Below, one piece after another: positions 12,382 to 23,708 of a stretch of 64,000 nt of DNA. Made by a program: the position numbers and the translations under genes. Below the pieces are notes generated by a model that did no database searches, was not told the origin of the DNA, and was given only the letters and a program-made list of their open reading frames with translations. Every line of letters begins with the position of its first letter. The stretch's first letter is position 1. The stretch is from an uncultured Planctomycetota bacterium (GTDB lineage Bacteria > Planctomycetota > Planctomycetia > Isosphaerales > Isosphaeraceae), in assembly GCA_963845755.1 (NCBI GenBank), contig CAWJTV010000005.1, positions 288,001 to 352,000 of the forward strand, written 5' to 3'.

Positions 12382-12542
12382 GGCCAGTCGTTCCCTTTCC
12401 AAACCCTCTGGCCAGATCGCCGTACGATGGATTAAACTACCAGGCGTCAATCCGGCGAGATGTGCCGGATGCAGGGAAAACCGGGGCTGCCCTCGGGCGG
12501 TTCCCCAGCATCTTCAAACCGAATCACGCTCCGAGGTGTCCT

Positions 12543-12669
12543 GTGCCGTTCCGTCCCCGGAAGAAGAAAACACGTCAGGCGAAGTTCCACCGCTGCTCCT
12601 GGTGCGGAGCTCAAGTCCGTCGCCGCTCGGCGCTGCAAGCGCTGCTCCGAGTTACAGAAGCGCAAGTAA
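12543..12669 (+). CDS. Small basic zinc-ribbon peptide (about 42 aa, requires one 2-nt indel correction)
   Basis: GAGG then GTG at 12543; reads VPFRPRKKKTRQAKFHRCSWCGAQVRRRS and, after a shift at a GCGC run, RCKRCSELQKRK-stop. Confidence 0.55.
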
Positions 12670-12776
12670 CCTCGACGTGTTAGGATGCCGGATCCGACGA
12701 AGACGACTTCGCGATGGTCGGTCCGGCCGCCGCGCTCTTGCCAATGGGTTTCGAACAGACCGAGTGTGGCGTCTGT

Positions 12777-13098
12777 TTAATCCATGGGCCTTGGCCCGGG
12801 AGGCATGCCTGCTTGCTCTGATCGATTAATGACGCGAACTTCCAGGTCGGAGTTAACGCGGATCTGGCAAGAAAGCCGCGTATTCGGGGCGAGATCGGAC
12901 TCGCGCGAGTCGCTCCTGCTCAGCATTTCCCATTGGCGGGGCTTCACCGGCAAGAACCACGACCCGGCAGGTCGTGCACCGCGCGTTGCCACCGCAGCGA
13001 TGGAGGATGTCGATCCCGGCATCCTCGATTGCCAGGACCAACTTCTTCCCTTCCTCGACCTCAAACGCCTTCTCTCCCTCAACCGTTACGGTGGACAT
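12777..13098 (-). CDS. 2Fe-2S ferredoxin (apparent indel near 12905)
   Basis: HRCGGNARCTTCRV and RLSCQIRV. Confidence 0.9.
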
Positions 13099-13882
13099 TA
13101 ATCGAGATCTCTCGGGCTCAGGATTGACCTGGAAGGGGCGCCGGGCCGAAAGGTCCGGGTAAGCGCCCATGTTGAGTGTGGCCCCGGTCAGAGCCAAGCG
13201 AATGCCTCACGAGGAGGCGGAAGCGCGGCAGAGACGTGGGCGGCCCACAACCCTATCAGGGTAAGTCGCTGCGGATGAGAGGTCAAGCCCAGGCCGACTC
13301 ATGCCCCGACCCGTTGAACCGATGGCTCCGCTGGCGCATTCGATGAAAGCGGTAGAACGAATCGGCCATGAAGCCTCATCCCGTTCGACAGACAATCGAA
13401 TTCGACCTAAAGTTCCTCTAGGCGCGGATAGGCTCGTAGTCGGACTTACGGGAGTTCGGACGATCCGCTCGCAACCGTCGAATCCCCGCGAATTGATGGT
13501 GGTCGGGGCACCGTTCTCGGCGCGGCCGCGCCGGCACTTCGCGGCACCGGAGAAGCGGAACGGGAGCCGTGGACACCCTACGGTCTGGAGGTTGTGGAAC
13601 ATGCATTTCCGTCGATGGGTACTCGCCCTGGTGATCACCTTGATGCTGATCGATTCCTGGGTGAAGAGCGCGGAAGCGACCTCGACCGAGCCCGACCAGG
13701 TCACGTCGGGCATCGCCTGCGTGGCCCTCCGGCTCGCCCGACCGGCGCGGTGAGGGTGCGCGACGATGTCCTGGCATCCTCCCTCGCGGCGAGGTAGAGT
13801 ACGAGACGATTGATCGGCGGTTCCTGTCCACTTCCTAGCGACCGCCCGATCGGGGATTGAAGTCGTCTCCCCCGAGGATGCC

Positions 13883-14605
13883 ATGCCCATCAAGGTGATC
13901 GGAGCCGGCTTGGGTCGGACGGGGACTCTCTCGCTGAAGGTGGCACTCGAGGAACTCGGGTTCGCCAACTGCTACCATATGAGCGAGGTCATCGCACATA
14001 TCGAGGACGCGCGGGTCTGGGATACCGCCGCTCGCGGAGAGCAGGTCGATTGGGAGACTCTCTTCCGCGGCTACCAGGCGACGGTCGATTGGCCCAGTTG
14101 TTCATTCTATGAAGACCTGATGCGGTACTATCCCGACGCAAAGATCGTACTCACCGTGCGCGAGCCCGAACGCTGGTATGACAGCGCATACCACACGATC
14201 TATTATGTCAGGCAGACGTTCCCGAGCTGGATCATGCCATTGTACCCACGGATGCGCATTTTCCGCCGCATACTCGATCGTTTCATCTGGGAGGGGACGT
14301 TTCGCGGGCGGTTCGACGACAGGAAGTTCGCGATCGAGGTCTTCAACCGTCACAACGAGCGGGTGCGCGAGGTTGTCCCACCCGACCGCCTCCTCATCTT
14401 TGAAGTCCGAGAAGGCTGGGAACCACTTTGTTCGTTCCTGGGCGTTCCGATCCCGGCAGGCAAGCCGTTTCCCCACCTTAATGATACTGCCGAATTCCGG
14501 TCGGGGGTCGTTCGCGGTGTCTGGATCATGCGCACCGTCTTGTTTACGATTGTCGCGCTGGCGGTCTTCTTCCTCGTATGGGTGGCAACTCGAATCCTGC
14601 GGTAA
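13883..14605 (+). CDS. Sulfotransferase-family protein (Sulfotransfer_4-like)
   Basis: KVIGAGLGRTGTLSLK..LE.LG..CYHM, VDWP, VPPDRLL, EGWEPLC.FLG, PFPHLND; C-terminal TM. Confidence 0.9.
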   Translation: MPIKVIGAGLGRTGTLSLKVALEELGFANCYHMSEVIAHIEDARVWDTAARGEQVDWETLFRGYQATVDWPSCSFYEDLMRYYPDAKIVLTVREPERWYDSAYHTIYYVRQTFPSWIMPLYPRMRIFRRILDRFIWEGTFRGRFDDRKFAIEVFNRHNERVREVVPPDRLLIFEVREGWEPLCSFLGVPIPAGKPFPHLNDTAEFRSGVVRGVWIMRTVLFTIVALAVFFLVWVATRILR

Positions 14606-14657
14606 GACGATCCGCGATCTGACCGGCTATACCGAAAACACAGACACGACCCGGCAC

Positions 14658-15164
14658 TCAGGTTGGACTTCGTGAGTAGTTCAAACTCTCCGATTCGTAG
14701 AGATCCTTGCGAAGACCCAGCAAGGCGAGAACCTCCACGGCGAGAAACAACGGGGCATTGAATACCTGGAAGAGGTTGTCGATCAGCGCCGGCCGTCTCC
14801 CTTCAATCGCATGGCCGATGAGCTGGATGATCCATCCCAGGACGAACGCGGCCAGGAAGATCGAGAACGACCAGCCGAATGGGAGGTGCGCAGTCCAGTC
14901 CGCGACCACTAGAAGCGTCAATGTGACCGGTAGCTGCATCAGTGCGACGGCCCAGTCCAGCCTGAAGTAGTAGCCCAGAACAACCACGTAGAATATCGTC
15001 GCCAGCGAGATCGGGACCCGGGGGTACAAGACGAAAGGAAACCAGCTCTGCGCAAGGAAGAGGGAGAAGGTGACCAGTGGAACGCCGAAGAAGTGCGTCA
15101 ATTTGTTCCGCGAATCCTTATGATACGCCCCGTAGGTCTGCATCTGCTCCTTCAAGGACATCAT
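14658..15164 (-). CDS. DUF962/Mpo1-like membrane protein
   Basis: YGAYH....N...HFFGVP, GWIIQLIGHAIEGRRPAL.DNL, APLF. Confidence 0.9.
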   Translation of the reverse strand: MMSLKEQMQTYGAYHKDSRNKLTHFFGVPLVTFSLFLAQSWFPFVLYPRVPISLATIFYVVVLGYYFRLDWAVALMQLPVTLTLLVVADWTAHLPFGWSFSIFLAAFVLGWIIQLIGHAIEGRRPALIDNLFQVFNAPLFLAVEVLALLGLRKDLYESESLNYSRSPT

Positions 15165-15288
15165 GGTCGAGACTCCCTGGCCAGCCTGTCATCACGTGAC
15201 GCCGCGACCCCGCTATCCGGGAGTCCTGAGATCATAACATCTCCGTGCGGCCCGCGCACCATGGTGGGCCGAGATTGGCGGGGCCATC

Positions 15289-15822
15289 TCAGCGATGGTT
15301 GGGCTCTGCAGCCAACCGCCCTGCTCGTTCGACGACGCGCCGCTCCTGGAGGTCGCGATAGAAGCGGATCTCCAATCGGTTGGTCCGAATGCGCTGGAGT
15401 GCCTCGAGCATGAGGTTGACGCTGGCGAACAGAAGCAGTCCAACGCCCGTCACGGCCAGGATGACCGGCAGGGCGATTAGCCGGTTGCTGACCAGAACAT
15501 CGATCGCCAGGGCCAGGCTCGTCCCCACGAACGACGCGAACGCGATGTAGAGCGTCGTCAACGCGTAGCGGATGCGCTCGTTCCGCCATTCAAGCCGTCG
15601 CAGTTGATCCTGGATATGCTCCAGGCGTTCGTCCGTGAAGTCGAGATCGGTCGCCCCGCGGCCGAGTTTGTCAACCACGTCGTTTAGGACGCGGATACGG
15701 TCCACGACTCGCGCCATCCGGTTCGAGGTCGAGATGATCAGTGAGGCGTTGGCGGTCAGGAAGATCGCGGGTGTGATCATGGCCGTCAGCGCTTCATACT
15801 GCGACGGGGCGGCTATTGGCAT
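15289..15822 (-). CDS. DUF2721-like membrane protein
   Basis: AMITPAIFLTA.ASLI.STSNR.ARVVDRIR pattern with three TM segments. Confidence 0.8.
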   Translation of the reverse strand: MPIAAPSQYEALTAMITPAIFLTANASLIISTSNRMARVVDRIRVLNDVVDKLGRGATDLDFTDERLEHIQDQLRRLEWRNERIRYALTTLYIAFASFVGTSLALAIDVLVSNRLIALPVILAVTGVGLLLFASVNLMLEALQRIRTNRLEIRFYRDLQERRVVERAGRLAAEPNHR

Positions 15823-16087
15823 CGGAGCGAATCTCCCACGAGACCTGTCGAAGCAGTCACACGTCGATTGGATCCGAGGCGCCAGGCATCTCCCAGGTCC
15901 TCGACTCCTCCGACGAGTCCGGCGGCGGGACCCTGTACATGGTTTTGTGATACCCTCTTCAGGGGACGTCACGGACCGATCGTTCGGTGGATTCGAGTCG
16001 CCCGACCTGCGCTGGAGTGAGGTAACTGTACATGGCCGGCAGTGCATGGCCGAAGATTGCTGTTGCTCGATCTGGATGGACGACGAT

Positions 16088-17771
16088 TCAGGCTCGCCTC
16101 AGCCTCATCGGCCGATATTGGGGGCACCACGTCGTCTCATCGACCAGCCGCTCGAGCTCGTCGAATCGGGAGGTCTCGGCGAGCCCTTCTCGTCGGGCCG
16201 CGTCGGCAACGGCCAAGGCGATCGTACGACCGACCCTGCGCGACTCCGATAGGGGCGGCAGAAGGGCGCCGGACGGATCGTGCCGAGCTGGTGCGACGTC
16301 GGCCAGGGCCCGCGCCGCCGCCATGAACATCCCGTCGCTGACGCGCCTGGCCTTCACAGCCCGGACGCCCAGACCGATCCCGGGGAAAACATAGCTATTA
16401 TTACACTGGGCGATCGGGAACTGCTGGCCGCGATACGAAACGTCCTCGAATGGGCTGCCAGTGGCGATCAAGGCGCGCCCCTCCCGTCCAGGAGATCAGA
16501 TCGGACGGCGTGGCCTCGACGCGCGACGTCGGATTCGAGAGCGGAAAGATGATCGGCCGAGGTGTCTGTAGGGCCAGGGTGCTAATGGCCTCCTCGGTAA
16601 ACGTGTGCGGCTGGCCCGAGACGCCGATCAGAATCGTTGGGCGGGCATTCTTGATGACATCAATCAGGCCGATCGGCTGATCCTCGGCCGGTCGCCAGCC
16701 CATCACAAAGTCTTTCGGCTGTGCGAGTTTCCGCTGGAACGGCCGCAGGCCGTCCATTCCATCGTGGAGCAAGCCCAGCTTGTCGATGAGGAAGAACCGT
16801 CCGCGTGCTTCGGACTCGGAAAGTCCTTCCAGGCCCATCGCGGCCACGAGCTGCTCGGCGATTCCGCAGCCCGCCGAGCCGGCACCCAGGATCGCGACCC
16901 GATGATCTCGCAGTCGCTCTGCCGTGACGCTCACGGCGGCCAGAAGAGCCCCGGTGGTCACCGCGGCCGTCCCCTGGATGTCGTCGTTGAACGTGCACAT
17001 CTGGTCGCGATAGCGCACCAGAAGTCGATTGGCGTTGTTCTGAGAAAAGTCTTCCCACTGGAGCAAGACGCCAGGAAACCTTCGCTGGACGCCCTTCACG
17101 AATCCGTCCACGAACTCGTCGTACTCGGCGCCGGTGATCCGTTCATGCCTCCAGCCGACATAAAGCGGGTCGTCGAGATGAGCGGGATTGTTCGTGCCGA
17201 CGTCAAGCAAGATCGGCAAGGTCGTGGCGGGGTGGATTCCCCCACAGGCCGAGTAGAGCGAAAGCTTGCCGATCGGGATTCCCATCCCACCAGCCCCCTG
17301 GTCACCCAGGCCCAAGATTCGCTCGCCGTCGGTCACTACGATCACTTCAACCTTCGACGGCGTGGCATTGTCGAGGATCGCCTCGATTTCGTCGCGTTCG
17401 GGGTAGGCGATGAACAGTCCGCGAGGGCGCCGGATGATGTGACTGAACCGCTCGCAGGCCAGGCCCACGGTCGGCGTGTAGATGATCGGCATCAGCTCGG
17501 CCAGGTGATCCAGGAGCAGGCGATAGAACAGCGTCTCGTTGTTGTCCTGGAGCTGCCGCAGATAGATATGCCGCTCCAGGTCCGTCGCCTTGTCCTGGTA
17601 GGCTTCATACGATCGCAATACCTGGTCTTCGAGTGTGTCCTCGTGTGGTGGCAAGAGGCCCAGCAAGCCCAGCTCCCGACGCTCGCTTGCCGTGAATGCC
17701 GTCCCCTTGTTCAGCAGCGGACACTCAAGAAGGAGATGGCCATTGAACGGCACTTCCAGGACCTCGTCCAT
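16088..17771 (-). CDS. maeA: NAD-dependent malic enzyme (apparent indel near 16480)
   Basis: [70 protein letters not shown]. Confidence 0.95.
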
Positions 17772-18009
17772 CAATGGGACTCCGGCATGACATCGCCGTG
17801 ACGGATCACGGCCTATTCCTTGCTTCCCGAGCCACTTGCCCGCGGTCGTGGAGCGTGTCAATCTTAGGGGATGGCCACGCGTCGTGTTAACGGGCAATGG
17901 ACGGTTGGAGGCTCTTGGCGTAGGATGATTACGATCTAGGAGATCGGCCATGGGCCCGCGAGATTCGGGCCTGGGCCTTGCCAAACAGGAGTCGGTCAAC
18001 CCTCGCGTC

Positions 18010-18975
18010 ATGGCTCTTGCTCGTTATCGCATGCTGGCGCTCGATGTGGATGGGACGCTGCTGGACCTCGATGGTACGCTGCGCCCTCGGACGGCGGATG
18101 CCGTCGCTCGCGCGGCGCGGGCGGGCATCCAGCCCGTCCTCTGCACGGGCCGACGCTACCGGCGCGCCCGACCGATCGCCGAGCAACTTGGCCTGGAGGT
18201 GCCGCTGATTTGCAACTCGGGAGCCATCGTCAAGGTCCCAGGCGATCATCGCACGCTCTGGCGCGCCGACTTCGACCCGGAGCTGGCTGCGGACGTCCTC
18301 GATCTCTTCCATGGTCACGATGAGCCTGCCGTCCTCTTCACAGATCGAGGTCCCGACGACTTCGACTTCGTGGTCCCGGCCTTCCCCACCGGCCGGGCGC
18401 CGTTCGACGATTACGTCGGCAAGAACCTTGAGCATGCCGAGATCGACGCCACCTGGAGGCGACGGAGAGGCGCCGAGCTTCCGCCTCGCGCTCGTGGCGG
18501 CGAGCCGTTGTTCCACGTCTGCGCCGTGGGCACTCGGGCTGAGATGCTGGCGTTCGAGAGGGTGGCTCTCGACCGGATCGGGGGCCGCGTCCAAACCTTC
18601 GTGCTCCGGACGTCGCGGTATCTCGGCACGATGTGCGAGATCCTGCGCATCGACGCCAGTAAGTGGACCGCCGTTCTCAATCTGGCCGAGATGTGGGGCG
18701 TCGAGCCCGGAGAGATCTGCGCCGTGGGCGACGATGCCAACGACATTCCGATGATCCGTAATGCTGGCCTGGGGGTGGCCATGGGACACGCGCATCCCGA
18801 TGTCCAGTCGATCGCCGACCATGTCACCGGCGGCCATGACGAGGATGGCGTGGCCATGCTCGTCGAACGAGATCCTGCTGGGTTAGAACAAATGCCAACG
18901 TTCGCTGCGTCCGTACTCGAGTCGTCCCGTCAGTTCGTGGATGGCCACCGGCCGATGCTCCTCACCACGGTTTGA
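18010..18975 (+). CDS. Cof-type HAD-IIB hydrolase (true stop possibly near 18885 if an indel is present)
   Basis: [41 protein letters not shown]. Confidence 0.92.
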   Translation: MALARYRMLALDVDGTLLDLDGTLRPRTADAVARAARAGIQPVLCTGRRYRRARPIAEQLGLEVPLICNSGAIVKVPGDHRTLWRADFDPELAADVLDLFHGHDEPAVLFTDRGPDDFDFVVPAFPTGRAPFDDYVGKNLEHAEIDATWRRRRGAELPPRARGGEPLFHVCAVGTRAEMLAFERVALDRIGGRVQTFVLRTSRYLGTMCEILRIDASKWTAVLNLAEMWGVEPGEICAVGDDANDIPMIRNAGLGVAMGHAHPDVQSIADHVTGGHDEDGVAMLVERDPAGLEQMPTFAASVLESSRQFVDGHRPMLLTTV

Positions 18976-19063
18976 CCCGTCGGTGCGACCTGGCTTTCGC
19001 GCCGGATGGAGGTCTTTATATCCTGAAGCCGGATGCCTACGTCATCGACGATCGAAGGTGGAT

Positions 19064-21457
19064 TCAAAAAGGGGACCGGCACCTCGAAGACTCGGAGCCA
19101 GTCCCCGTCTTGAAACAGCTTGTAAGCTCCATCACCACGCGGGTACGTTTCTCAAAATCACCAATGCCCCGAGGTTCTCCCGTCTCGAGGTACAGCGTCG
19201 CCATGAGAGCGACCGTGACTTCGTTCGAGCAAGTTGAAACCGCGGTTTGAAGCCGTCCCGTGGGATTGGAGAGTGTCGCGGCGACTACGTATTCGAGAGA
19301 ATCGTCAGCAGGGCGCTGTGGTTGAACCGGCTTGACGAGATGATAGTCGAACCCTGTCCGCCGGCCGGGTGTGTCGTCCTCCTCCTGGCTGTACCCCGAA
19401 ACCGCCACGATCACCGATTCCCGGCATCCCTCCTCCTGGCGTAGCCGCCGCGCCACCTCGTAGCCGTCCATCTCGGGTAGACCGATATCGAGTAGCACGA
19501 CTTCGGGGCATTGTTCTCTGGCCATTCGGATAGCCTCTACGCCGTGATGGGCCGTTTGGACCTGATGACCGAGGAGCTTGAGCAGGCGAGTCAAACCCGC
19601 GGCCATGTCCACGTTGTCATCGACGACAAGGATTCGCGACGATCGACGCGGAGGCGCCTCAGGGCATGACTCGGAGGCAGACCGGGCTTCGGCCGGGCGC
19701 TCGGCGGCCGGGAGCCGCAGCGTGAATTCGCATCCCCGGCCAGGCCCCTCGCTCCCAGCCGCAACGCTGCCGCCGTGCAATTCGACCAGCTTCTTGACCA
19801 CGGTCAACCCGATGCCGAGCCCACCTTCGGAGCGGGCCTGCGAGCGATCACCTTGGGCGAACAGCTCGAACATCTCGGGAAGGTTCTCGGGAGGCATGCC
19901 AATCCCGAAATCGCGCAGACTGATCACGACCTTGTCACCTACCCGCGAGGCGACGAGTCGGATGAGGCCGGCGTTCTCGCTATACTTCGCGGCGTTGTGC
20001 AGGAGATTGACTATCACCTGCTCCAGGCGGGTTGGGTCAGCGTCAAGCCACAGGTTTCCTCGGTCTAAGGACACCTCGAGCCGGTGGTGCCGCTCCTCGA
20101 TGAAAGGCCGCGCGGTCTCGATCGCACACTCGAGAACCTTCGTGGCATCGAGGACCTTGCGCCGCAACTCGATCTTGCCCCGTGTGATCCGCGAAACATC
20201 GAGAAGGTCGTCGATCAGTCTCGTCAGATGCTGAGTCTGCCGGCTGATGACGTCCATGCTCCAATCGATATGCTCCTTGAGTCCCGAGACGGTTGACAGT
20301 GAGATGGCGTTTGCTATGGCCGCCAGCGGGTTCCTGAGCTCGTGGGCGAGCATGGCGAGGAACTCGTCCTTCCGTTTGTCCTTCTCCCGCAGGTCGTGGT
20401 TAAGCTCTTCCCGCTCGCGCTCGTTTTCACGTTGCTGGGTCACGTCGTGGAACACCAGGACCAAGCCGCGAATCTTCCCCTCGTCGTCCTTGATGGGCGC
20501 GGCCGAGTCGCTGATGGGCAATGCCGTGCAATTCTTCGTCACCAGAACCGCATGCTCGGCCAGGTCCACGACCAGGCCCTTGCCGAGGACCGTCGCGACC
20601 GGGCTCTCGATGGGCTCGCCCGTCTGTTCGTTGGCGATCCGGAAGATCTCACCGAGCGGCTTGCCCTGGGCTTCGGTCTGGACCCAGCCAGTCAGCATTT
20701 CGGACGTCGGGTTCATGAAGGTCACGCGGCCGGCCTCATCCGTGGCGATGACCGCGTCACCGATGCTTGCCAGAGTCGTCGAGAACCAGCGGGCGCTGGT
20801 TCTCACGTCGGCGCTGCGCCGCTGGTTCAGATAGTGGACAGCGAACAGGAGGGACAGGGCGAGGACCGAAACGAAGGAGAATGTCACAATCGTCCGGGTG
20901 ATGGCCGTCTGAAATCCGGCCCGCCGAGCGGCTCGGATGACATTTTCGGTATCCGTCAACTCGCCTATCCGCTTTCGCAACTCGCTCATCAGCGAGAGGC
21001 CCGTACCAGACTTGACGACGGCAACGGCGGCTTCAAATCCCTGATCTCGCCGAAGCTCGATGGTTTTCTCGAGTTGGTCGAACTTCGCCGTGATCGCCTT
21101 CTCGATGCGGACGATGTGCTCACGGCGGATGCCATTGTTCACCGCGAGCCGCTTTAGCGAGCTGATCGAACGAGCCACCCTCGAGCGAGACTCGGAATAA
21201 GGGCCGAGGTAGCGCTCGTCGCCGGTGAGTAGATACCCGCGCTGACCGGTCTCGGCATCCCGCAGGTTCGAGAGAACTGCCTCGAGTCCTACGAGCATTT
21301 CGTGGGTCTGGGCGACGTGCCGAGAATTCCCAGCGATCGTCTCCAGGTTCCAGAACGTCACTACGGTGTTGACGATGAGGAGGCCGAACGCCAGGGCATA
21401 TCCGGCCACCAACCGATTCGAGGATGGCCACCTCATCTCACACGGATACATCGGCAT
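19064..21457 (-). CDS. Hybrid sensor histidine kinase (CHASE3-PAS-HisKA-HATPase-REC)
   Basis: DAETGQRGYLLTG, SIGDAVIATD, LAHELRNPL, NLLHNAAKY, GGLGIGL, VVDDN, LLDIGLPEMDG, FDYHLVKP; the C-terminus may overrun because of an indel. Confidence 0.95.
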   Translation of the reverse strand: MPMYPCEMRWPSSNRLVAGYALAFGLLIVNTVVTFWNLETIAGNSRHVAQTHEMLVGLEAVLSNLRDAETGQRGYLLTGDERYLGPYSESRSRVARSISSLKRLAVNNGIRREHIVRIEKAITAKFDQLEKTIELRRDQGFEAAVAVVKSGTGLSLMSELRKRIGELTDTENVIRAARRAGFQTAITRTIVTFSFVSVLALSLLFAVHYLNQRRSADVRTSARWFSTTLASIGDAVIATDEAGRVTFMNPTSEMLTGWVQTEAQGKPLGEIFRIANEQTGEPIESPVATVLGKGLVVDLAEHAVLVTKNCTALPISDSAAPIKDDEGKIRGLVLVFHDVTQQRENEREREELNHDLREKDKRKDEFLAMLAHELRNPLAAIANAISLSTVSGLKEHIDWSMDVISRQTQHLTRLIDDLLDVSRITRGKIELRRKVLDATKVLECAIETARPFIEERHHRLEVSLDRGNLWLDADPTRLEQVIVNLLHNAAKYSENAGLIRLVASRVGDKVVISLRDFGIGMPPENLPEMFELFAQGDRSQARSEGGLGIGLTVVKKLVELHGGSVAAGSEGPGRGCEFTLRLPAAERPAEARSASESCPEAPPRRSSRILVVDDNVDMAAGLTRLLKLLGHQVQTAHHGVEAIRMAREQCPEVVLLDIGLPEMDGYEVARRLRQEEGCRESVIVAVSGYSQEEDDTPGRRTGFDYHLVKPVQPQRPADDSLEYVVAATLSNPTGRLQTAVSTCSNEVTVALMATLYLETGEPRGIGDFEKRTRVVMELTSCFKTGTGSESSRCRSPF

Positions 21458-22033
21458 CGCTTCACCAACTTCTCGGGATCTGACCAGGTGGTTGTCAACG
21501 GCATGTCGCGCGGACGGCGGGGTGGGAAGGCGGCCGATGCTCGCGGATCGGCCCAAAATCTCATCGCGCGCGGAAAAGCCTCAGCGCTCTTGGTCCCGTT
21601 CATCTAAGTCGCTGCACTTCGCCATCTCCAGACAGGATGGCAGAGGACCGACGTTGGCCCTTAACATCCCCTTCACACGGGGAATACGCGATCTCGCTGC
21701 GGTGGGTGGACGGCCTGGAATCGGTCTGGAACCGCCCCGGATCCCACACCTCCCTCGCATCCGACCAAGCCTATTCCCGAATTCTCGAACGCCTTTATAG
21801 GCATACCTATAATCAGGAGACGCGTCAAGTCTTCTTTCGGTGCAGTTCAGTTTATCAACCTCGCCCCGGCGCACCGAATTGAAGACAACTTTTGTTTGGA
21901 CTTCCAGTATTGAGGGGTCGTATCCCATTGCCCGGGGTCAAGAGCAACGCTTTCCACGAGAGGTCGAGGTTTCGTCGGAGCCTTGTGGGGGTCCGGTGCC
22001 GACTTGCACGGAGCCTCGGCCTGCCAACAGCGA

Positions 22034-23458
22034 TCAATTGCGCCCGCGGGACAGATATTCCGGGTTAGGCCTGGGCATCTGGCTCCCGACCGATCGCCGC
22101 CAGCCGTCCAGCAATTCGCTCAGACGCGCTGCGTCACCGGGCCGTTCGATCACGAGGTTGTGCCGTTCGCCGAGGTCTCGCCGCAGGTCGTACAACTCTC
22201 GGTGGCCGTCCTCGTAGTTTTCGATCAGCTTGAGATCACCTTGGCGGACGGCACCCCCCGGCCGGCCCCCCTGGTTACTGTAGTGCGGGTAGTGCCAGAA
22301 CAGGGCGGTTCGTTTCAGTTCCCCGCGTCCGTGGAGCAGGGGTGTCAGGCTCACACCGTCGATCTCCTGGTTCGGAGCCGACTTCACTCCGGCAACGTCG
22401 AGGATGGTCGGGTAGAGGTCCTGCCCGCTCACGGGTACATCGCAGACCGAACCGGGCCGGGTCGCAGCCGGCCAGCGGACGATCAGCGGCACTCGGATGC
22501 CGCCCTCGTAGAGGTAGCCCTTGCCTGCTCGCAGCGGGGCGTTCGATGTGGACGGCGTGTTCGGTCCCTCCTTGACCGATAGCCCACCGTTGTCGGACGT
22601 GAAGACGACCAGGGTCCGATCGGCGATCGCGAGTCGATCCAGGGTCGCGAGGACCCGCCCCACGGCATGGTCCAGGCTTTCCATCATCGCCCCATAGATC
22701 GGGTTGGATTGCGGCGACGATCCCGCCGGCTTCACCTTGTATCTGGCCAGCATTCCCGGCTTGGCCTGGAGCGGAATGTGGACCGCATAGTGCGGCAGAT
22801 AGGCGACGAACGGACGAGCCCGGTTCTGCTCGATGAAGGTCACGGCCTCGTCGGCGAGGCGATCCGTCAGGTACTCATCGGCCGAGCGGGCCTTCATGGT
22901 CGGGGTCTCGAAGCCGAAGTAGCCGCCTGGGGGGGAGCCGGTCTCGGTGCCGCCTACGTTGACGTCGAATCCCTGGTGCTCTGCCCAGAACGGACGCCCG
23001 CCCAAGTGCCACTTGCCGATGCTCGCCGCGGCATAACCGGCGGGCTTTAGCGCCTCGGCGATCGTGGTTTCTGCCAAGGGGAGCTGCTGAAGGATCTCTG
23101 GACGCACTAGCATCTGCGAGGGCCGGTCCGGCCGGCCCGGCAGCCAGTCGGTGAGATGCAACCGCGCAGGAGACTTTCCGGTCATGATGGCGGCTCGCGA
23201 CGGGGAACAGACCGGGCAGGCGGCGTAGGCATTGGTGAACCGCATCCCGGTTCGTGCGAGGCGGTCGAGGTTGGGCGTCGCATGGTACGTACTGCCGTAA
23301 CAGCTAAGGTCGGCCCAGCCGAGGTCGTCGGCGATGATGACAATGACGTTCGGCCGCGGAACATCGGCCGCCGGCAAGCTCGAACTCCATGCCAGGCCGA
23401 CGAAGGCGAGCGATGCAGGAAAGTGACGGAACATCGGGGAATCCTTTGCCGTAGTCAA
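22034..23458 (-). CDS. Secreted formylglycine-dependent sulfatase
   Basis: RPNVIVIIADDLG, CSPSR core, GKWHLG, FTSDNGG, GKGYLYEGGIRVP. Confidence 0.95.
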   Translation of the reverse strand: MTTAKDSPMFRHFPASLAFVGLAWSSSLPAADVPRPNVIVIIADDLGWADLSCYGSTYHATPNLDRLARTGMRFTNAYAACPVCSPSRAAIMTGKSPARLHLTDWLPGRPDRPSQMLVRPEILQQLPLAETTIAEALKPAGYAAASIGKWHLGGRPFWAEHQGFDVNVGGTETGSPPGGYFGFETPTMKARSADEYLTDRLADEAVTFIEQNRARPFVAYLPHYAVHIPLQAKPGMLARYKVKPAGSSPQSNPIYGAMMESLDHAVGRVLATLDRLAIADRTLVVFTSDNGGLSVKEGPNTPSTSNAPLRAGKGYLYEGGIRVPLIVRWPAATRPGSVCDVPVSGQDLYPTILDVAGVKSAPNQEIDGVSLTPLLHGRGELKRTALFWHYPHYSNQGGRPGGAVRQGDLKLIENYEDGHRELYDLRRDLGERHNLVIERPGDAARLSELLDGWRRSVGSQMPRPNPEYLSRGRN

Positions 23459-23708
23459 TCTGGGGGCGAGTCGGCGAGAAAATCACAACCGAGCCCCGGT
23501 CTGGCGATATTATGGCGCTGAACCTACGCAAACGCAGCTCATTGCTCGGGAAAGTTGCGGGACTCGTGGCGGCCAGGAAATCCGGACGGAGGTTCTGACC
23601 TGTGTCATGGGTTGACCGGGCCTCTCCGCTCGCCAATGGTGATCTTGGAGGAGTTGCCCATTCAAGGTAGACTCGCCACCAGCGACCAAGGGGACCGGAG
23701 GCTCAGCG

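Noticed and set aside
13301..13753. ORF with a short hydrophobic segment (MHFRRWVLALVITLMLID)
   Set aside because: Could be a 50-aa peptide from 13601 but there is no supporting evidence.
18891..19250. Possible small gene after the HAD hydrolase
   Set aside because: Needs an indel correction, has no recognisable motif and overlaps the kinase ORF end.
21560..22030. Short ORFs including EYAISLRWVDG (DUF971-like)
   Set aside because: The rest of the domain is missing and there is no clear start; more likely the kinase promoter region.
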